This document shows, piece after piece, positions 1 to 14,800 of a stretch of 64,000 nucleotides of DNA. Position 1 is the first letter of the stretch. Every line of letters starts with the position of its first letter. Position numbers and translations under genes: made by a program. The notes below the pieces were generated by a model. That model did no database searches. It was not told the DNA's origin and was given only the letters and a program-made list of their open reading frames with translations. This stretch comes from Acanthaster planci (lineage: Eukaryota), in assembly GCF_001949145.1 (NCBI RefSeq), contig NW_019091360.1:3532864-3596863 (forward strand), given 5' to 3'.

Positions 1-2653
1 CTGTTATTTGCTATCTACTGCCAATTTTTACTCTTTGCCCAAACTGAGCAGGTATCGAAGAGTTAAGAATGCAAATTAAAAAGGATTACAATCAACTTTT
101 TGGAACATGTTTTTATTTAAATTTGCCATTTTACCTTGTAAATATAGCAAGAACTAACAATTTTCTAACTTCAGAATTTTGATCAGAAGTTGAAATTGAA
201 ATTAAATTTCAACCAGGAATTCGATAAGAAATGTGGCTGAAGTCACAGGCAAGTAAACCAAAATGATACATGGGGAACTTTGTCCAGTTTTTCTCCTAAG
301 TCATATTTTTAGACAACTATGTGGCAGTATATCACATGGGTGACCCTCGGCTTGGTCCCAGGCAGACTCTGAAGTTCAGATCCAAAGCTTGCTGGTATGT
401 CAGGCATCTGCTCTTGGCAAGGAATGCCTTTAGGTTTGTTTTCGGAGCTCACCCAAGAATTGGATTGAATAAGTCTCTGGAATATTCTGCCTGATATAAA
501 TACATCTTGAGAAGTTGAAGATGAGTGATAGTTTGCCCTAGTGTGATGAAGAGAGTGTACTCTGCACATAAGGGCGGCACATCCTGAAGGTTGTTTGTCT
601 AATATTTCCAATCAATGATGACTTGATGTGAGACGTGATAGTGTGGATGGCTCCATTGCTCTTATCGACTCACAAAATTCAATTAGGGACAGAAGTCCTC
701 AAGCAAGAAACTTACCCTGAAACAGTTTTACCATTGCATTCTTTAGTGTTACAGACTCATGTAACACTGCTTTATCTTATGATGAGATTTTGAATTTAAA
801 ATCTGCAAAACTGTTTTTAAAAGTATCGCTGAAAACATCCCTCACATAGATGATTGCATGTAAATTATGCACATCTGATATTGCCTCTGTGCTCTTAACC
901 TTTCATCTTATTTGATCAAACTGCTGAAGTTTCATTATCCATAAATGCCACAATTTTTTTTTGGCGAAAATTCATCTGTTTGTTTTGAATTTAATAAATA
1001 GTCAATTGTGTTGTTGATTTATTTGAAGATATATAATCAGTTCTGTAAACAAAGCAGGTTAAGTTTTTCGATAATTTGTCGATTTACAGTCACAAGTCAC
1101 ATAACGTACATAACTCTTTACCATCTCCTCAGAGAACTAATCACTCAAATAGCGTACTGTGGGAAACTTCCAATTTTTTCCTAAGCTACATAAGAATGGG
1201 ATAATTACAGACCTCTTGACACTTCCATTCCCAACAAATAAATCAAACATCCTGCATACTTTATGCTCAGGATCTTGACTTTGACAGTTGACGAGGACCT
1301 ACCCAAAAGTAACAAACCAAAAAAGACCATGGTTTACTGCGGGCGGCTTAATCAGGGATTGGAACGTCAGCTATTGAAACTGAAAGTCTGGAGTAGCCCA
1401 GAGTCAGTTACTGATGCATATGTTAGTTTGTCCCTGTTGTGAATATCTTATCAGAGCTTAAGGCCCTTGGGGATTGACCTTCCCAGTAGTAGATCCAGAT
1501 TTTGACTAGAGGTTCTCTTCAAGACAGCACCACTGGTTCAGCCTGATGTGCAATATAGTGTAGGTTGGTGAGAAAATCCAAGGGGAAAATATGGTTAGTT
1601 GTGTCAAAATAATTTATCTTTTAGGAGGGACTTTCATTCATTTTATCTGGAGGAGAGGACATTGAAAATGTATTTGGCAATTGAAACATTGGATATCTTT
1701 GAAACAAAACCCAACCTTCTCTAGTTTCCATCAAGTAAGTCCAACATTAATTTGCTGGATGTGTGAGCAGCTGTGATACATAATGTGTAATTTTATCAGA
1801 GTTGGGATCTGTGTGAAATAAACTTTGACCCCTCCCTGCTATCAGGATTTTTAGCGTCTGATGCATTACCTGTTACCACTTTTCAAGATCCTTGATCAAA
1901 AGGTCTTGAAGTGTCAGTCAAGGGACACAAGTCGGGCCATGTGAACTCATTCAGCAAAGAATTTATCACCAACTACGTGTTGAGTGCGTCAGACCAGTGA
2001 CATCTGAACTCAGGGGGTTCTGTGCAATAGAAGGGGGTGAGGGCAGCTTGACTGAAGACATTTGGTAGTAAAACATGACATAAAACAGAATTCTGCAATG
2101 TGTTTGAAGGCATTCACTTACCCCTTGTTAACTTGTAATCTTCAAAAATGAGAGATTGGAGGATTAAATTCTCTTTCTTTGGTAATAAATCAAGTTAATC
2201 AAGTGAGCTTTGAATTAATGCAGTGCGTGTTCACTTCTACATTATTCCTGATGATAAAATAGTGACATCTGTGGCTTTCTTTAAGCTCTTACATGAACCT
2301 CAATCCTTTGAAATCCTTTGCAGCGACATGCGATTGAAACTGACTTGTATTTGTCAAACATTAGCAATATTTAGGCAGTTTTTTTTTTTACTAGGGCTTT
2401 TCCACATTACACATTTTATGGGATTGGTACCTGCTCAAATACTTGCTACATAGATTTGTAAATGCTCATTGCTTTAATGAATTCATGATGTGTCATTTTG
2501 TTGGATTTTGATTGAAAGGTAAGTTATTGAAGAGAAGATGCTTTGGCGCCCCTTGGAAGTTTTTCTTCTAGGAAATTGCTCACCACCGCTCAGCCTGTTT
2601 CATATTTACCAATCTCCAACTCTTCTCTCCTTTTTTTTTTTCAAAATGCACAG

Positions 2654-2845
2654 TCCAAACAACAGCACATCAACAGCCTCCTGACCCAAGCTGACTTCCT
2701 AGTCTCCACCCAGCAGTTCTATGACGATGTCTACGAAGCCATGGCCCAGTCACTGGGCGAAGCGTGGAAGGATCTCAACTTGCAGCTGGAAGAGAGAAGG
2801 AAGCTTCTGGATCAGTCAGTGGCCTTCCACCAAAGTGCAGCAGAG
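2654..2845 (+). CDS. exon 1 (in window), spectrin-like repeat SKQQHINSLL...FHQSAAE
   Basis: cag|TCC ... GAG|gtgag, 192 nt, phase 0-0. Confidence 0.9.
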
Positions 2846-5800
2846 GTGAGGTTACTATTTGAGTGACGGTACTGGCAAATACAGGCTTGACAAAAGGAGA
2901 CTTTCCACAGGAATTTTGACGTCAAGTAATTGTATTCCTTGAAACAGGAAAACAGATTGACTGCCTAGAAGTATGCAAGCATCCGCTGATTCTCACCTCT
3001 TAATTTTGAAAAGGATTAAAAGCTATAATATTACATAAATTTCTTTATAGCATTTGCTACAGTCCCCTGTTAACTTTGGCAGGGATCTCTCACTAAGACC
3101 TTGAATTGTCCTGGGAAAGTTATTCACTGAATTGGAAAAGAAATTGAAGTAAAGAAAACAAACATTCTCACTGTTAGTAGGAAAAGGTGTCGCATTAATC
3201 ACTAGACTTTTCTTCCTCTAGTTCTCCGACAAACTGGAAAAAGCTAATGCCAAGTTCCGAAGTCCTGATCTTCCTCCTGACATACCAGGGACAGACAAAC
3301 TGATGGAGGACCACCACAAGATCAGAGAAGGTAAGCCCGTAATCCATCATTCATTTCAGGGATGTGAGAATTCAGCTTTTTTTGTATAGATGTTGACCCC
3401 GAATTTCAGCTTTTTTTGTACACCTGGTCTATACCAAAGTGTGGGAACTTTTACATTTCAGCTTTTTGCTAGCTGTTTTCAGCTTTAATTTTAGGTGGCC
3501 ACTCACAACCTTGTCATCTGTAATTTATTCCAAATAGTAGAGATTATTCCTTCAGTTCTTATTCCAGAAGGTGGCATTACTGGAAATAAAATAGATTGAG
3601 GTCTTTGCTGTCACATTGCACTGTGTGTATTTTGATGATTTGAACTAAAGTTAAAATTCTTTTTGCCATCGGTCAAAGTCTGTTTCCAAAATACCTCTTC
3701 AGGATTATTTTAGGCACTACGCAAATGATCACCCAGCCTATGTTACTTTTGGACTAAGTTTCACTTTTTGTCTTGTGGTACCTGCTAGTTTGTAGAATGA
3801 TCACCTTGAGGTATACAGTGTATCTTTTTTGTCCTTGATAGACATCTTAACCAGCTCCATGGACACAATGAACCTTGGCAAGGACCTGGTGGAGCAACTC
3901 CACGCCCTCAGCAAGGACGCCTCCCCAGACGACAAGGAGGCTTCAAAGCAATCCTCCCTGGGCGTGCAGAATGTTCTTGACGACCTCCAGGACAGGAGAC
4001 GAGCCCTTGAGGACCTGTGGAATAAACAGCGGAGGCGACTGGAGCAATATATCGCACTGAGTGATCTGGATCAAGAAGTCAACCAGGTAGGGTAACAGTT
4101 CATTTTAAGTTAACTCAGAATATATACATTCTCTCTTTGGATATAACTTCAAAAATACAGTTGAGAAGAGAATAATAAACATCAGACATTTTCTCAAGTA
4201 GCATAAATTAAAAGAATGTGGTGTTTCAGTAAAACATTCCAGCATTCCGCCCTTTGGTTCTACCTTTTCTTCTTGCAAAGTAGGCCTCTTTTATGTGCTA
4301 ATTTTAACCGATGCAGATCCATTAACATTTACCAGCAGTTTGGGGAGGATAGGGAAAGATGTAGAGAAGTAAAGTCAAGACCTGTGGAAAGTTACAGTGT
4401 TAATTGTACTCTTAGTCTTCAGCACATCGGAGGATTTCGAAGAAAACAGGGATATCACAAGTTGTAGATGCCAATTGTAAAATTTTAACAATTTTTCAGA
4501 TCTCTGACTGGATCAAAACCAGAGGTGAAGACTATCTGAAGAAGAAAGACGTGGGTGACGACACACCTGCAACCGAACGGCTCTTTAAAGAACATCTTGA
4601 ATTCCAGACCTCAGCTGAAGTAAGTTCCTGCCATACCCCTAACTTCCATCATGAAATAATTTCAGTGTTTTCAGTTAAGATAACCTTTGTTGGCTGCAAG
4701 ATTGGCTACGTTTACCTGCTGTTGTCAGGGAGTGAATTGAAACTGATCAAACTGATTCTGTTCTTCCAATGAAAATTGCTGTTACTTTCTGCATGCTTGA
4801 TTTTTTTGGCCATTAGGAAATCAGTTGAAATACAGTCCAATAAAGGGTCCATTCCAAAACTATCTTCACCTTTTATTTGTGTGTCAGGATATGCAAGGTA
4901 ATGTACACCAACTACGGCACACAGCTGAGCAGATCTGTCATTCCAACCCGGAGCACACCGATCATCTGCGCAGCCAGACCAGAGCCATTGAGACACTTAG
5001 TGATGATTACATGCGACGCTTGGCCTATCGTGGCAGATTGCTGCAAGCTGTGCTGGACTTCTACAAGAACGCTGAACTTGTAAGTCAAAAATAAACCCTG
5101 GTACCATCAGTGTCTTTACTGACTAAAATCTGAAAGATTCACCCACAGGATGCCTGTACATTTTCACATCATCAACACAATTATGACAAACATCTTAAAT
5201 CTAGACCCAGTTTTTGTGAGGTGTCATCAAGCCAACTTTAACAACTGTCTAGGGGCCTACCCTAACCTCCAAGGGTTTTTGAAAAGAAAGTTTTGAAATT
5301 GGATGATGGAGGACTGTCATGGTCAAAAGTGGATTCATTGTAAACTATGCTTGACCTTCAGTATGTGCTCAAAATATGACAAGAGATCATTAAAGCTGTG
5401 TTTAAAGCAACCTGGAGCTACTTAACTTATGAGCCACTTAACCTACAACAGTGACATTAAGTTCCTCTTTTGTTACATTACATGTCATTTTCTCATCCTT
5501 ACACCTCTTTGATACTTCAAAATCTATCAGGAGATTTTTGAGGATTTGTGGCATTGATGAGAACAGAACCCATAACTAAGAATGTATCATAGGTTTGTGG
5601 ATTCGGAGGGATTTCGAAAGATAGTTGGGAAAATTCCTAAAGAGTTAAGGATGCTTTCTGCCCCGCTTCAGGCCCAGACCTACCTCTCTCAGGTGGAGAT
5701 CCAGCTCAGCCCCAAGAAGCTGCCGAGTGAGCCGCACGGCAGGGCGGCCCGGCTGGCTCAGCTGGGCAATGCCGTTGCTGAGATATCGGAACCGGTCATC

Positions 5801-8800
5801 AAGGAGGGCCACACCTTGCTGGAGAGGGTCGGCAGGGGGACACCGGGAGCACAAGGGATCAAGGATAAACTGGACCTGTTGGAGGTGGGCTTGTTGAATT
5901 CACTGGCATTATTAAGTCAAAATTTGTCTGATGATGTCTCTCTGAATTGGTTTCTGTAAATGCCCTCATTGTACGTTGACGTAGCTCAAATTTGGCAGAT
6001 TACTTCAACTTTAGTCAACTTGCATTTGGGCCAGTTAGTTTTGCCGGTAGCAATTTATATTTACTGGAATTTGGATTTCTTATGACATCTGGTTCTCAGC
6101 AAATTTCAGAACTGTCAAACACTCGAACTCCGTTTCTTTAAGTTGAGCAAGTGTGCAACAACTCTGTCCAGGCATATGATGTTAAAACTATATTGCTCAT
6201 AGAATATTTTATGCATACTCAGAGTACTTGCTTCTTTAGCATGATTTCATCATGTGAGGATTTAAAATTTGTCGAAAATTTATTTGGCAGAAAGTTATTA
6301 CATGTACTGTACTTTCAGAGATCTTAAGCTTTAAACTAAAAGTGCTAATATTTCTGGTCTTGTTTTCCTAGACCCAGTCAGAACGCTTGCAATCAGAATG
6401 CAGCCCAGAGGCCCAGCACAGGTCTTCTCTTCAAGTCAGCTTTGATGAGTGCTACTCGGTGATTGTGAAATGGCTGGTCAACGTTGCCGATACTTTCCTG
6501 TCAGCCAGCAACGACATGGGCGATCAGCTGCAGACTAGCATGGACTTCCAGGATGGCCACCAGAGACTGATGGATGACATATTAGTAAGTTGAGTCTGGA
6601 ACCAGATGTCTATTTTATCCATCATCTTCCTCTCCTGTGGAGAAACCTCCTCCGGAGTGTACTTGCATTGGCTGAAGTTCAAGCAGGTGCTGATATTACT
6701 CAAGGCATGAAAAGGCTCTTGACTCAAAGTTTCTCTTTGCCAAGAACCATTTCCCCTAAAATTTTAAAAACATTACACTTCCTCCTGCAGTTGCAGATAT
6801 TGTTTGGTTTGAACAGGGTTCGTTATATGTTTTGTAACTGTTAAAGGATTTATGTTATCCTGTCTTTTAAAAGTAGCGGTAATAATGTCAAGATCATATC
6901 ATTTTTAAAGATCAAAAATTACCCAGAACCTCCAGATGGTGGAACTGTGTTTTGCTCAATAGACGAAGCAGTAAGTTGCATTTCAAAGAAACATTCAAGA
7001 AAAATGGCACAATTTTTTTCAATTTCACAGGAAAGGGCCAAGCAAGTTGACAAAGTTTTCAAGATCTCCTCTGAGCTGATTCCTTCCCTAGCAGATCGAG
7101 AACAGGTCACTGCTGTCCAGAACCGCTGCGACAAACTGCAGCAGCACTGGTCCCGTGTGACTGTGTGTGTGGACAAACGGCTGCATGCTGTGCTCATCCT
7201 CATCAAATTCCACAAGCACACTAAACAGGTGGGGAATGGGGAAACTGGGTGACGTTAGCGTGGGAATAAATTACAAGTGTGAAAGGATACCTCGATCGAC
7301 ATCATTAAGTCACGAAGAGTGTCACTTACTCCCAGTATTGCTGGCCACAAAAGCAGGCTGTGGGGTGTGCAAAAGAAGCAAATGTGCCTCTTAATGATCT
7401 AGATTGTTTTAACCAAGCTGGAAATTATAAATACCTGGGCCCATTTGTGTTGAACTGTTCAGCATGAGAGACGGTCAGGTTTATGGGTAATTCCAGAAAT
7501 TAGGGGTCCATTTTTTTGTGTGTCCCTGTCACATCTGATATATGATTGTATAAGTTCAGAACACATTTTCTAATTTCCAAGAGAGATGAATTAATGCAAA
7601 TCACCTGCCAAACAAATAGTAATAATTTGAAATCGATTCCGGTGATATTTCCATGTGAAATAACAAAGGTCAGATGCAACAGGGACATAAAAAGTCAAAC
7701 TTATGGACCCTTCATTTCTGGAATTACCCTTATATACCGAGTAAATTTCATCTGAGAGCTAGTAACAGCCAGCACACATTTCATGGCAGTTTTACTTGTT
7801 ACCAGATCCTGTTAAGCATATATTTTCACTAATTATTGGCCGTTAAGTCCTTGCCCATGGTGAGAAGATAATAAATATAAATATAATAACTGCATTTATA
7901 AAGCGCCATATATCCAAAATAAAAATACGAGTACATAATATTTAAAAAATTAAACACAAAACAACACACACACAAAACCAGACCTACACAAAAGCAGACA
8001 AAAAGAGACGGACCAACCACCACAATAAAGACAAGATGGCACGATCGCAAGGTCAAGCCCATTTTCACTGTTCACTTATACTCACTTCACTGAAATTTTG
8101 CTCATTTACAGTTGACCAATGCCATGGAGAACATGGAAGAGCAGTTGAACTGTTACATCAGCATGGATGCACCTGACATACCGGCCAAGACGGTGCAACA
8201 CCTGCAGGAAAAATGGAGCAATGTGATTGAGATCTATGTTCAGTTTGAAAACACTGGACGCAATTTCCTCTCAGAGGCATCAGCTGTGAGTGGTTTGCCA
8301 TTGTTATGTCCATAGAACTTAATGCTGGAGTCAGTGTCCTGATGGCGGACAGCATACTGTCCTAAATGTTGAGTTCACTGGTTCTCTTCAAAACCCCCCT
8401 TACCCTCGAAAGAGATTTACACGATGTTACTGCAAACCTTTTCCATATTAATTCTACAACGATAAACTAATGCCTGCCATTTTTAGGCTTTCAAGGGTTG
8501 TAATTTGGACAAAATAACCCCAGTAAGTCCGTACAAGTTTCCAGCAGTGCATATACAAACATGGAGTGTGCTGTAGGTAATTATAGATAAACAGAATGCA
8601 TGTGTAAAATTGGACACATCAGTGTGCCAGTGCGCTGACTCACATGCCCTGAACTTGTTAAAGTTAGCTTAGCATTAGCTGCTGTTACCCTGAATGACTC
8701 TGTCTCATAAACATTCCTATTTGGCTTAACAAAGCACTGTCAGCAGTTGTGTTTGTAATTCCTACTTTCATTTCCACCTTGTTGTCTATCATTTCCCACA

Positions 8801-11800
8801 GATCAAAAATGACCCAGAGTTGGACATCACATCGTCCAAGCTGTATGTCAGCCGTGCCTTGAAGGGCCTGGAGGAACGCAAACAGCACCTGAGTGGTCTG
8901 TATGACATGCTGACCAAGCGGCTCAACTCGGGCCAGCTGTTCTTGAGCAAGTGGCAGAAGTTTGTCCAAGATGCTAGACAGGTAAACATAAAAGTTTCAT
9001 TAAAGTGCAGTTATTTCTTTTCTTTCGTTCTTCGTGGTTGCAATTCGATGAGGAACATTGATGATTTCCATAATTCAACAGCAGCAGATTTCACTGAAAT
9101 CTGTCTCTGTTTATCACATTTGCAGTAAATCGATGTATGAGCTGTTCTTTGCTCTGGTTATCTTTTCTCATGTAGTTTTGTTCATCATTGGTAATCTTTT
9201 TATTTATTAATTTAGCCACAATGAGTGCAAGTTTTATTATGTTCTTAAACCTTTGTTATAAGGTTAAAAGTAATCTTCAGAAGGCTCTAAAATTCTATCA
9301 CAAATCTCAAGACAGCTGTAAAGGAGGAGGGGATTGTGGGCATTGATTGTCACGAACGGTGTTTGATCTCTTGTTCTGTATTGATATTTCTGTTCCACCA
9401 TTGTAGACCATGGACAAGGCCCACCGCACAGAGACAGAGTACTACCCACAAGTTGCGTCTGATATGAGCAGGAACCCAAACGATGCCAAGGGTTTGCCTG
9501 GGAGGTTGGCCGAGTTTGAGGACATCGCAAAGGTAGGGAGAGGCGTAATTGCTCAAAGCTAAAACTCTTGCACCAACTACAGACACTTCTGACTTTTCTT
9601 GAAGAGAGTCTGTCAGAATGCTTACGTACCTTTGTACGGAAAGATGTTCTGGTTCAAGATTTTGTAGAACTTTTTTAAAGTCACCCCCACATCAGTTGGA
9701 AGATCATTTTGAGACTTGACTTGCTATGACCCCCATAAACTAAATTGAATTTAAATTGGCATCCAGCTTTGACTGTGTTAGTGGGTTCAACACTGTCCAG
9801 TTAAGTTACCATCGCATTTCTTGGGACGTAATGTCTGAAAGATGTGTTTTAGATTCTATTTCATTATCAACAAAGTCCCTTGGATTGTTTTCTTGTTTAG
9901 CGAGTGAGTGATGAGCTCAAGGATTGTATTGACACCGCCGACTCCCTCGGCAAGAAAGGAGATACCAAAGGAGGTAGAGAACATTTGATTGATGACCTGA
10001 GCAAGCTATATCATCACTTCTTGGATCGGACAGGGAAGTACCGCGCACTGCTTACTATGATGGTTGGCTTCTACGACAATGTCAACAAGGTAAGCCACAA
10101 AACAGAAAGAGAATTTAGTTCCAGTGAAGTTTTTCAAGAATTTGGATATGTACTAATCAAACATCTTTAAATATTGCCATTTAAAAAGTTTACACACTGT
10201 GATTGCAACATACACTGTGCCACACGTAACCTGCTAACTGTGAAAGTGAAATAATTAACGCTCATTTCAGCATGGATTGCATTTGATTATTTGGATGGAC
10301 AAAATTCCTTGGCAAGAAATTACCTATTCAAGTTTGAATTTTTCATGATGATGTCATCCACTGGAGGCAATTTTCCTGGCTTAGCCAGCAGGATTTGATC
10401 CAGTGTGTTCTTGACTCTCAGTGATAGACTAATTTTAGACCATAAAAGCTTCCTTACAAAATGCACACCACATCTCAAAGTTGCACTGACAAAGCAAGTC
10501 TGTCTTACTTTTATCAAGAATGTTGCTTTGTTATGCGCACTGTCAGTTTCAAGTACATGAATTCCGCAACTGACTTTTTCTTGTAGCTCAACAAAGCCAT
10601 GGATGAGACAGAGAAGGAACTCCAAATCCCTTATTCTCCATCAGCACCGACGAAGCTGTCTGAAGCCAAGATCCAACTCAAGAGGATGGAGGAGCAGAAG
10701 AAGAACCTGGAGGACAAGTTTGATGAGACGGTGAACGAGGGAGAGAAGTTGATTGCTGGGATTCAGAAGATTGTAAGTACTGAAAAACTCAGCCACACTT
10801 CTAAAAGAGACTGATGAGAACTTGAATGATAACTTGGTTATCCAAGTGCAATACTTATTGATTGCAACAGAGTTCAAACTGTAGAATAAAGGTTCATTTA
10901 TGCGTGTAAATAAAACACTCCAAGATTGAGCAGAACTTGGAGTCTGCAGAATCAATCTCAGCTCATACTTGTGTGAAAGTGAATCCAATTTTAGGTTATT
11001 GAATTTCTACATGTTTGCCTATACACATGCAATACAACATGGAGTTCACTTAACACAGACATTACCTTGAACCGTAAACTATAATTTTCAAGGGTAGGGC
11101 TTGGTCAAACCTGTTTGGTTACTGTCTGTGTCCAGGATCCGGTGTCTGTCTCCAAGGCTGACATTGAACTGGCTCTTCACAAGACTGGCATGAGGAAAGA
11201 CCGACTGCTGACGAACCTCGAGCAACAGAAGAGGAAAGTGAGCAATTCCATGGGTGTGGCTGAACTACAAATGCACAAATCAGAGGTAAGAAGTACGAAC
11301 ATTGGAAATTCTGAACATGAAAATGGTCTGCAGTATAGTGAAAAAAAGGATAGATATACTTAGTGCCGGTTATTAAACTTATTGAGGTGGAAGAAATGTT
11401 TGAAGTGCTGCAAATGCTTTGTTACTGATTGAAATAAAGATTTCATAATTTATTTTGTCTCACAGTCCAAAATAAGAAAAGACCAATGCTTTTGAGAAGG
11501 TGAAAATCTAATCTAGATGTTGAAATATTTATTTCTAACTGAGACTTTAACTTCAGGGAGATTTTTTTATACAATTATGAATTGTCTACTATCTGAGATA
11601 AACATAAGCGCTCTGTACACAATGCAGCTGACTGTGAACCTCGCCAAAGCCCAGAAGGAACTGAAAGACATGCAGGGGAACTATGGTGACACAGTGGATA
11701 TGGCTCAGACCAAGCTAAGACGCTTTGATGACTGGAGGTCAAAAATTGAGGTGAGACATGCGATCAGTATCAATACAGATGGATTGCTTGTGAATTCAGC

Positions 11801-14800
11801 GGCGCCTTGTCACCAACAGTGTAAGAACTAGTGAAGAGGATTTGTGGGCAGTGTCGTCACCCCTTGTTAATATTTTACACTCAGGGAAGTTCAATCTCTG
11901 ATATGGATGATGTAGAGTACTCACAATAATATTGGCTGCCTTGTACAAGAAAGTAATAAAGTTGAATGTTACATTATGAGCTGTGTGAAAAACAACTACC
12001 TGAATACCCTCCTTCCAGCACATGTCAGTATGAAGTACATCTTTTGCTTTAAGCACTCGTCTTACTGCCTGAGAAAACACAAATGTGAGATGTGGCATTT
12101 ATTTGGAATCTTGTGTCCTTTTCAAACTAAAGGCAAGTAACGAAGTGGCAAGTGCCATATTCCTCATTCCGTCAGTCTACACCCTGGATGTAGGATCTGT
12201 TGGCACGAAACAGTCTGAAACTTGCGCAGAAATAATGAATGAAATAAAAATACCCAATCTTTCATCTGATGATATAATAGTCATACGGCCGGGATGACCT
12301 AATTGTAAGATCTAAAGGAATGAAAAAACAGTGAATTTTCTCCAAAGAGGCGAAACCTATATGTACCAGAAATAGGAAAACCTTTGATTCACTGTCTAAA
12401 TTCCGATATTCATAAGTATAAAATTGTTTCTCCTCTCCCAGCCCCTGGAGGATCAAATTAAATCCTACTTGAGTTCAGCCACTGCCGTCCTGAAGCAGAA
12501 CCCACCAGAGTCGGCCGTGGTGCGACATGACATGGATCAGGTCATGAGGCAGTGGAACACCCTCAACCTTGACATTGATGATCACAGAGACAAACTTGTC
12601 CTGTGTATTGACTTCCAGAAGCTGTTCAAAACAGTAAGAAAGTTCTGTAAACTTGGGTCTGTTACACTTGTTTGCCTAATGTAGGACAGAGCGGGACAGT
12701 GCAGTGGAAAACAGTGCAAATAGTAGATCTGTGTTCTGGTTGTGGCAGGTTCGATTCCCCCGATTAATTTTGTCTTCCCTTGGCATCAACTGAAAAGGTA
12801 CTCTTTTCAAGTGACTCACAGAATGTTAACATCAGGGCAAAATCTCAGTGTATCACTGGGACCATTTTTTCATGTTGCTTAGCCATAGAAATATGCTCAG
12901 TAAATGTTGGCTTATGAAAAGGTAGTCTCATATATCTTGATGTGATTTACTGTTATTTGGATCCTTATTTGTCAATGCAACAAATTTGGGTCATTTACAT
13001 TTATAGGATGTTATTAAAATACCCTCGTTCTTAGTTCCTGTAAAGAATACTGATAGTAATTTATCTTGCATTATAAACTCATTATTAGACTGTGGAGTGG
13101 CAGAACAAAGGCAATGGGCTGCTGTTAGCGATCGGTCGCAGGATTCCTCTCTGCCGATCAGAGGAGGAAGCCCATCAGTTGATGGATCAGGTGGACGAGT
13201 TCCTGGAGAAAGGAGAGAAACCTCAGAAGGCTCGGCTGCAGAAGCTGAATGAACTGGCAAAGGAGCTTTATGGTGAGTTTACGGAAACACATTTATCTGC
13301 GAGCTGCTTGAATGTGTCAAGGCGCTGTAGCCATTTTTAGTTCTAATTCACTCTTTTAAAAGCTTCTCTCCATAGCATTGCTGCCAACCAACGATTCTGG
13401 CTCACAGCATGTAGACATTTTTTGTCAGATCCTTTGGTCAACCCCTGTACATAAATGGTAAATTGACTGACTAGATATTTGCTGTCTTCCTTCACTCACA
13501 GGACCTGATTCTCCGACATTTGTGAGTCAGCTGAACAACCTCCATCTCGCCAACAACCGCCTCTTGTCGTCCTTTGAGAACAAGAACGACGAGCTGTTCC
13601 ACCTGGCCGAGCGTCTCCAGGAAGAGGACAAGAAGAAGAAGGAGGAACTGGAGGAGAAACGCAAGAAACTTGCCGAGGAGAGGAAGGCTAAGCAGCCACC
13701 TCACTATGCACCAGTAGCCAAGACATCGCTGGAGAAAGTAGAGGTAGGTAAACCAGGAATCGGTGCTTGAATTTAAAAACGCCCTTCCATGCAAGTAGAT
13801 CTTAGCTCTCATTGTATAAATTGCTGGCCTGATGTAGTGTCAATTTCATTTTGATTTGATTTTGCACAGTTTCAATAGTTTTGCCTTGCTTTTCAATTTC
13901 TGAAACATTCAAATACCCTGCAGTTTCTCAGACAACTTTACCTCTCTAGAGTACTGAAAAGTTTAGAATTGTGGAAACATTGTTTTATCATTTAGATTTT
14001 CCTCTTTAAATACGGTAGTTTAATCATAATTTTTATGTGGTGCGTAGCCTAGAAATCATCTTACTCTAAAAACTTGCATTCTGTAGAAAAAGCAACTAAA
14101 CCATCAATTTTAAATTTCTCTGGTTGAAAGCCGAGAGTTCCCCTGCCATTTCTAAGCACGGATAGTTTTTGGTTTTTATGTCGCACCTGCACGTGTCATT
14201 TGATACCCCCTTTCAGTTGTCCAAACCTCCAGTTGTTGAGACACCCCTCTCTCAAACTGAGTATAAACCAGAGTATGAGCTCAATCTGGCGGCACTCGAC
14301 AAACCGATGGAAGAGGAAGTCATAGTCAAAGAGACAGTTGGGCCAGTGGAGGTATGCAGATGTCGAAGTTAACCATTGTTGTGATTTGTAATTTCCACTA
14401 ACCCTTTTGTGACTTTGCTTAAATTCCACACAATATTTGACCATCTATTCCTTTGACCAACCATTCAGAGTCATAAACCAGGGTTTGCCCTTAACTTTTC
14501 TCACTTGCCAGCCGGACCAGCAGTGATGGCTTTTTACTAGTCCACCAGCATTTTCACTGGTCTGCGTCTTCCCCCAAATTTCAACATTCTTTTTAGTGTT
14601 TTCCGCTCCAACATCCTGCATAACAGTGTGCACTTGGTGCTGACTGTTTAATTTTTGATGAGTAATCATAAATGGCCATGGGAATTATGAATTTTCAGGG
14701 TATAACTCTACTCGAGCAAATTAACACGCAAAGTGGGTTACCTGCTGAAAATGGTTTGTTTCGTTCACAATCCAAGAGAGAAAAAAAACGTATCATTATG

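Noticed and set aside
1..2653. ORFs 309-611 and 2223-2453; donor-like AAG|gtaagt at ~2519
   Set aside because: No domain signal or convincing acceptor; treated as intron of the same gene.
12685..12790. tRNA-like fragment with GGTTCGATTCCCC
   Set aside because: No complete cloverleaf; probably a decayed SINE head.
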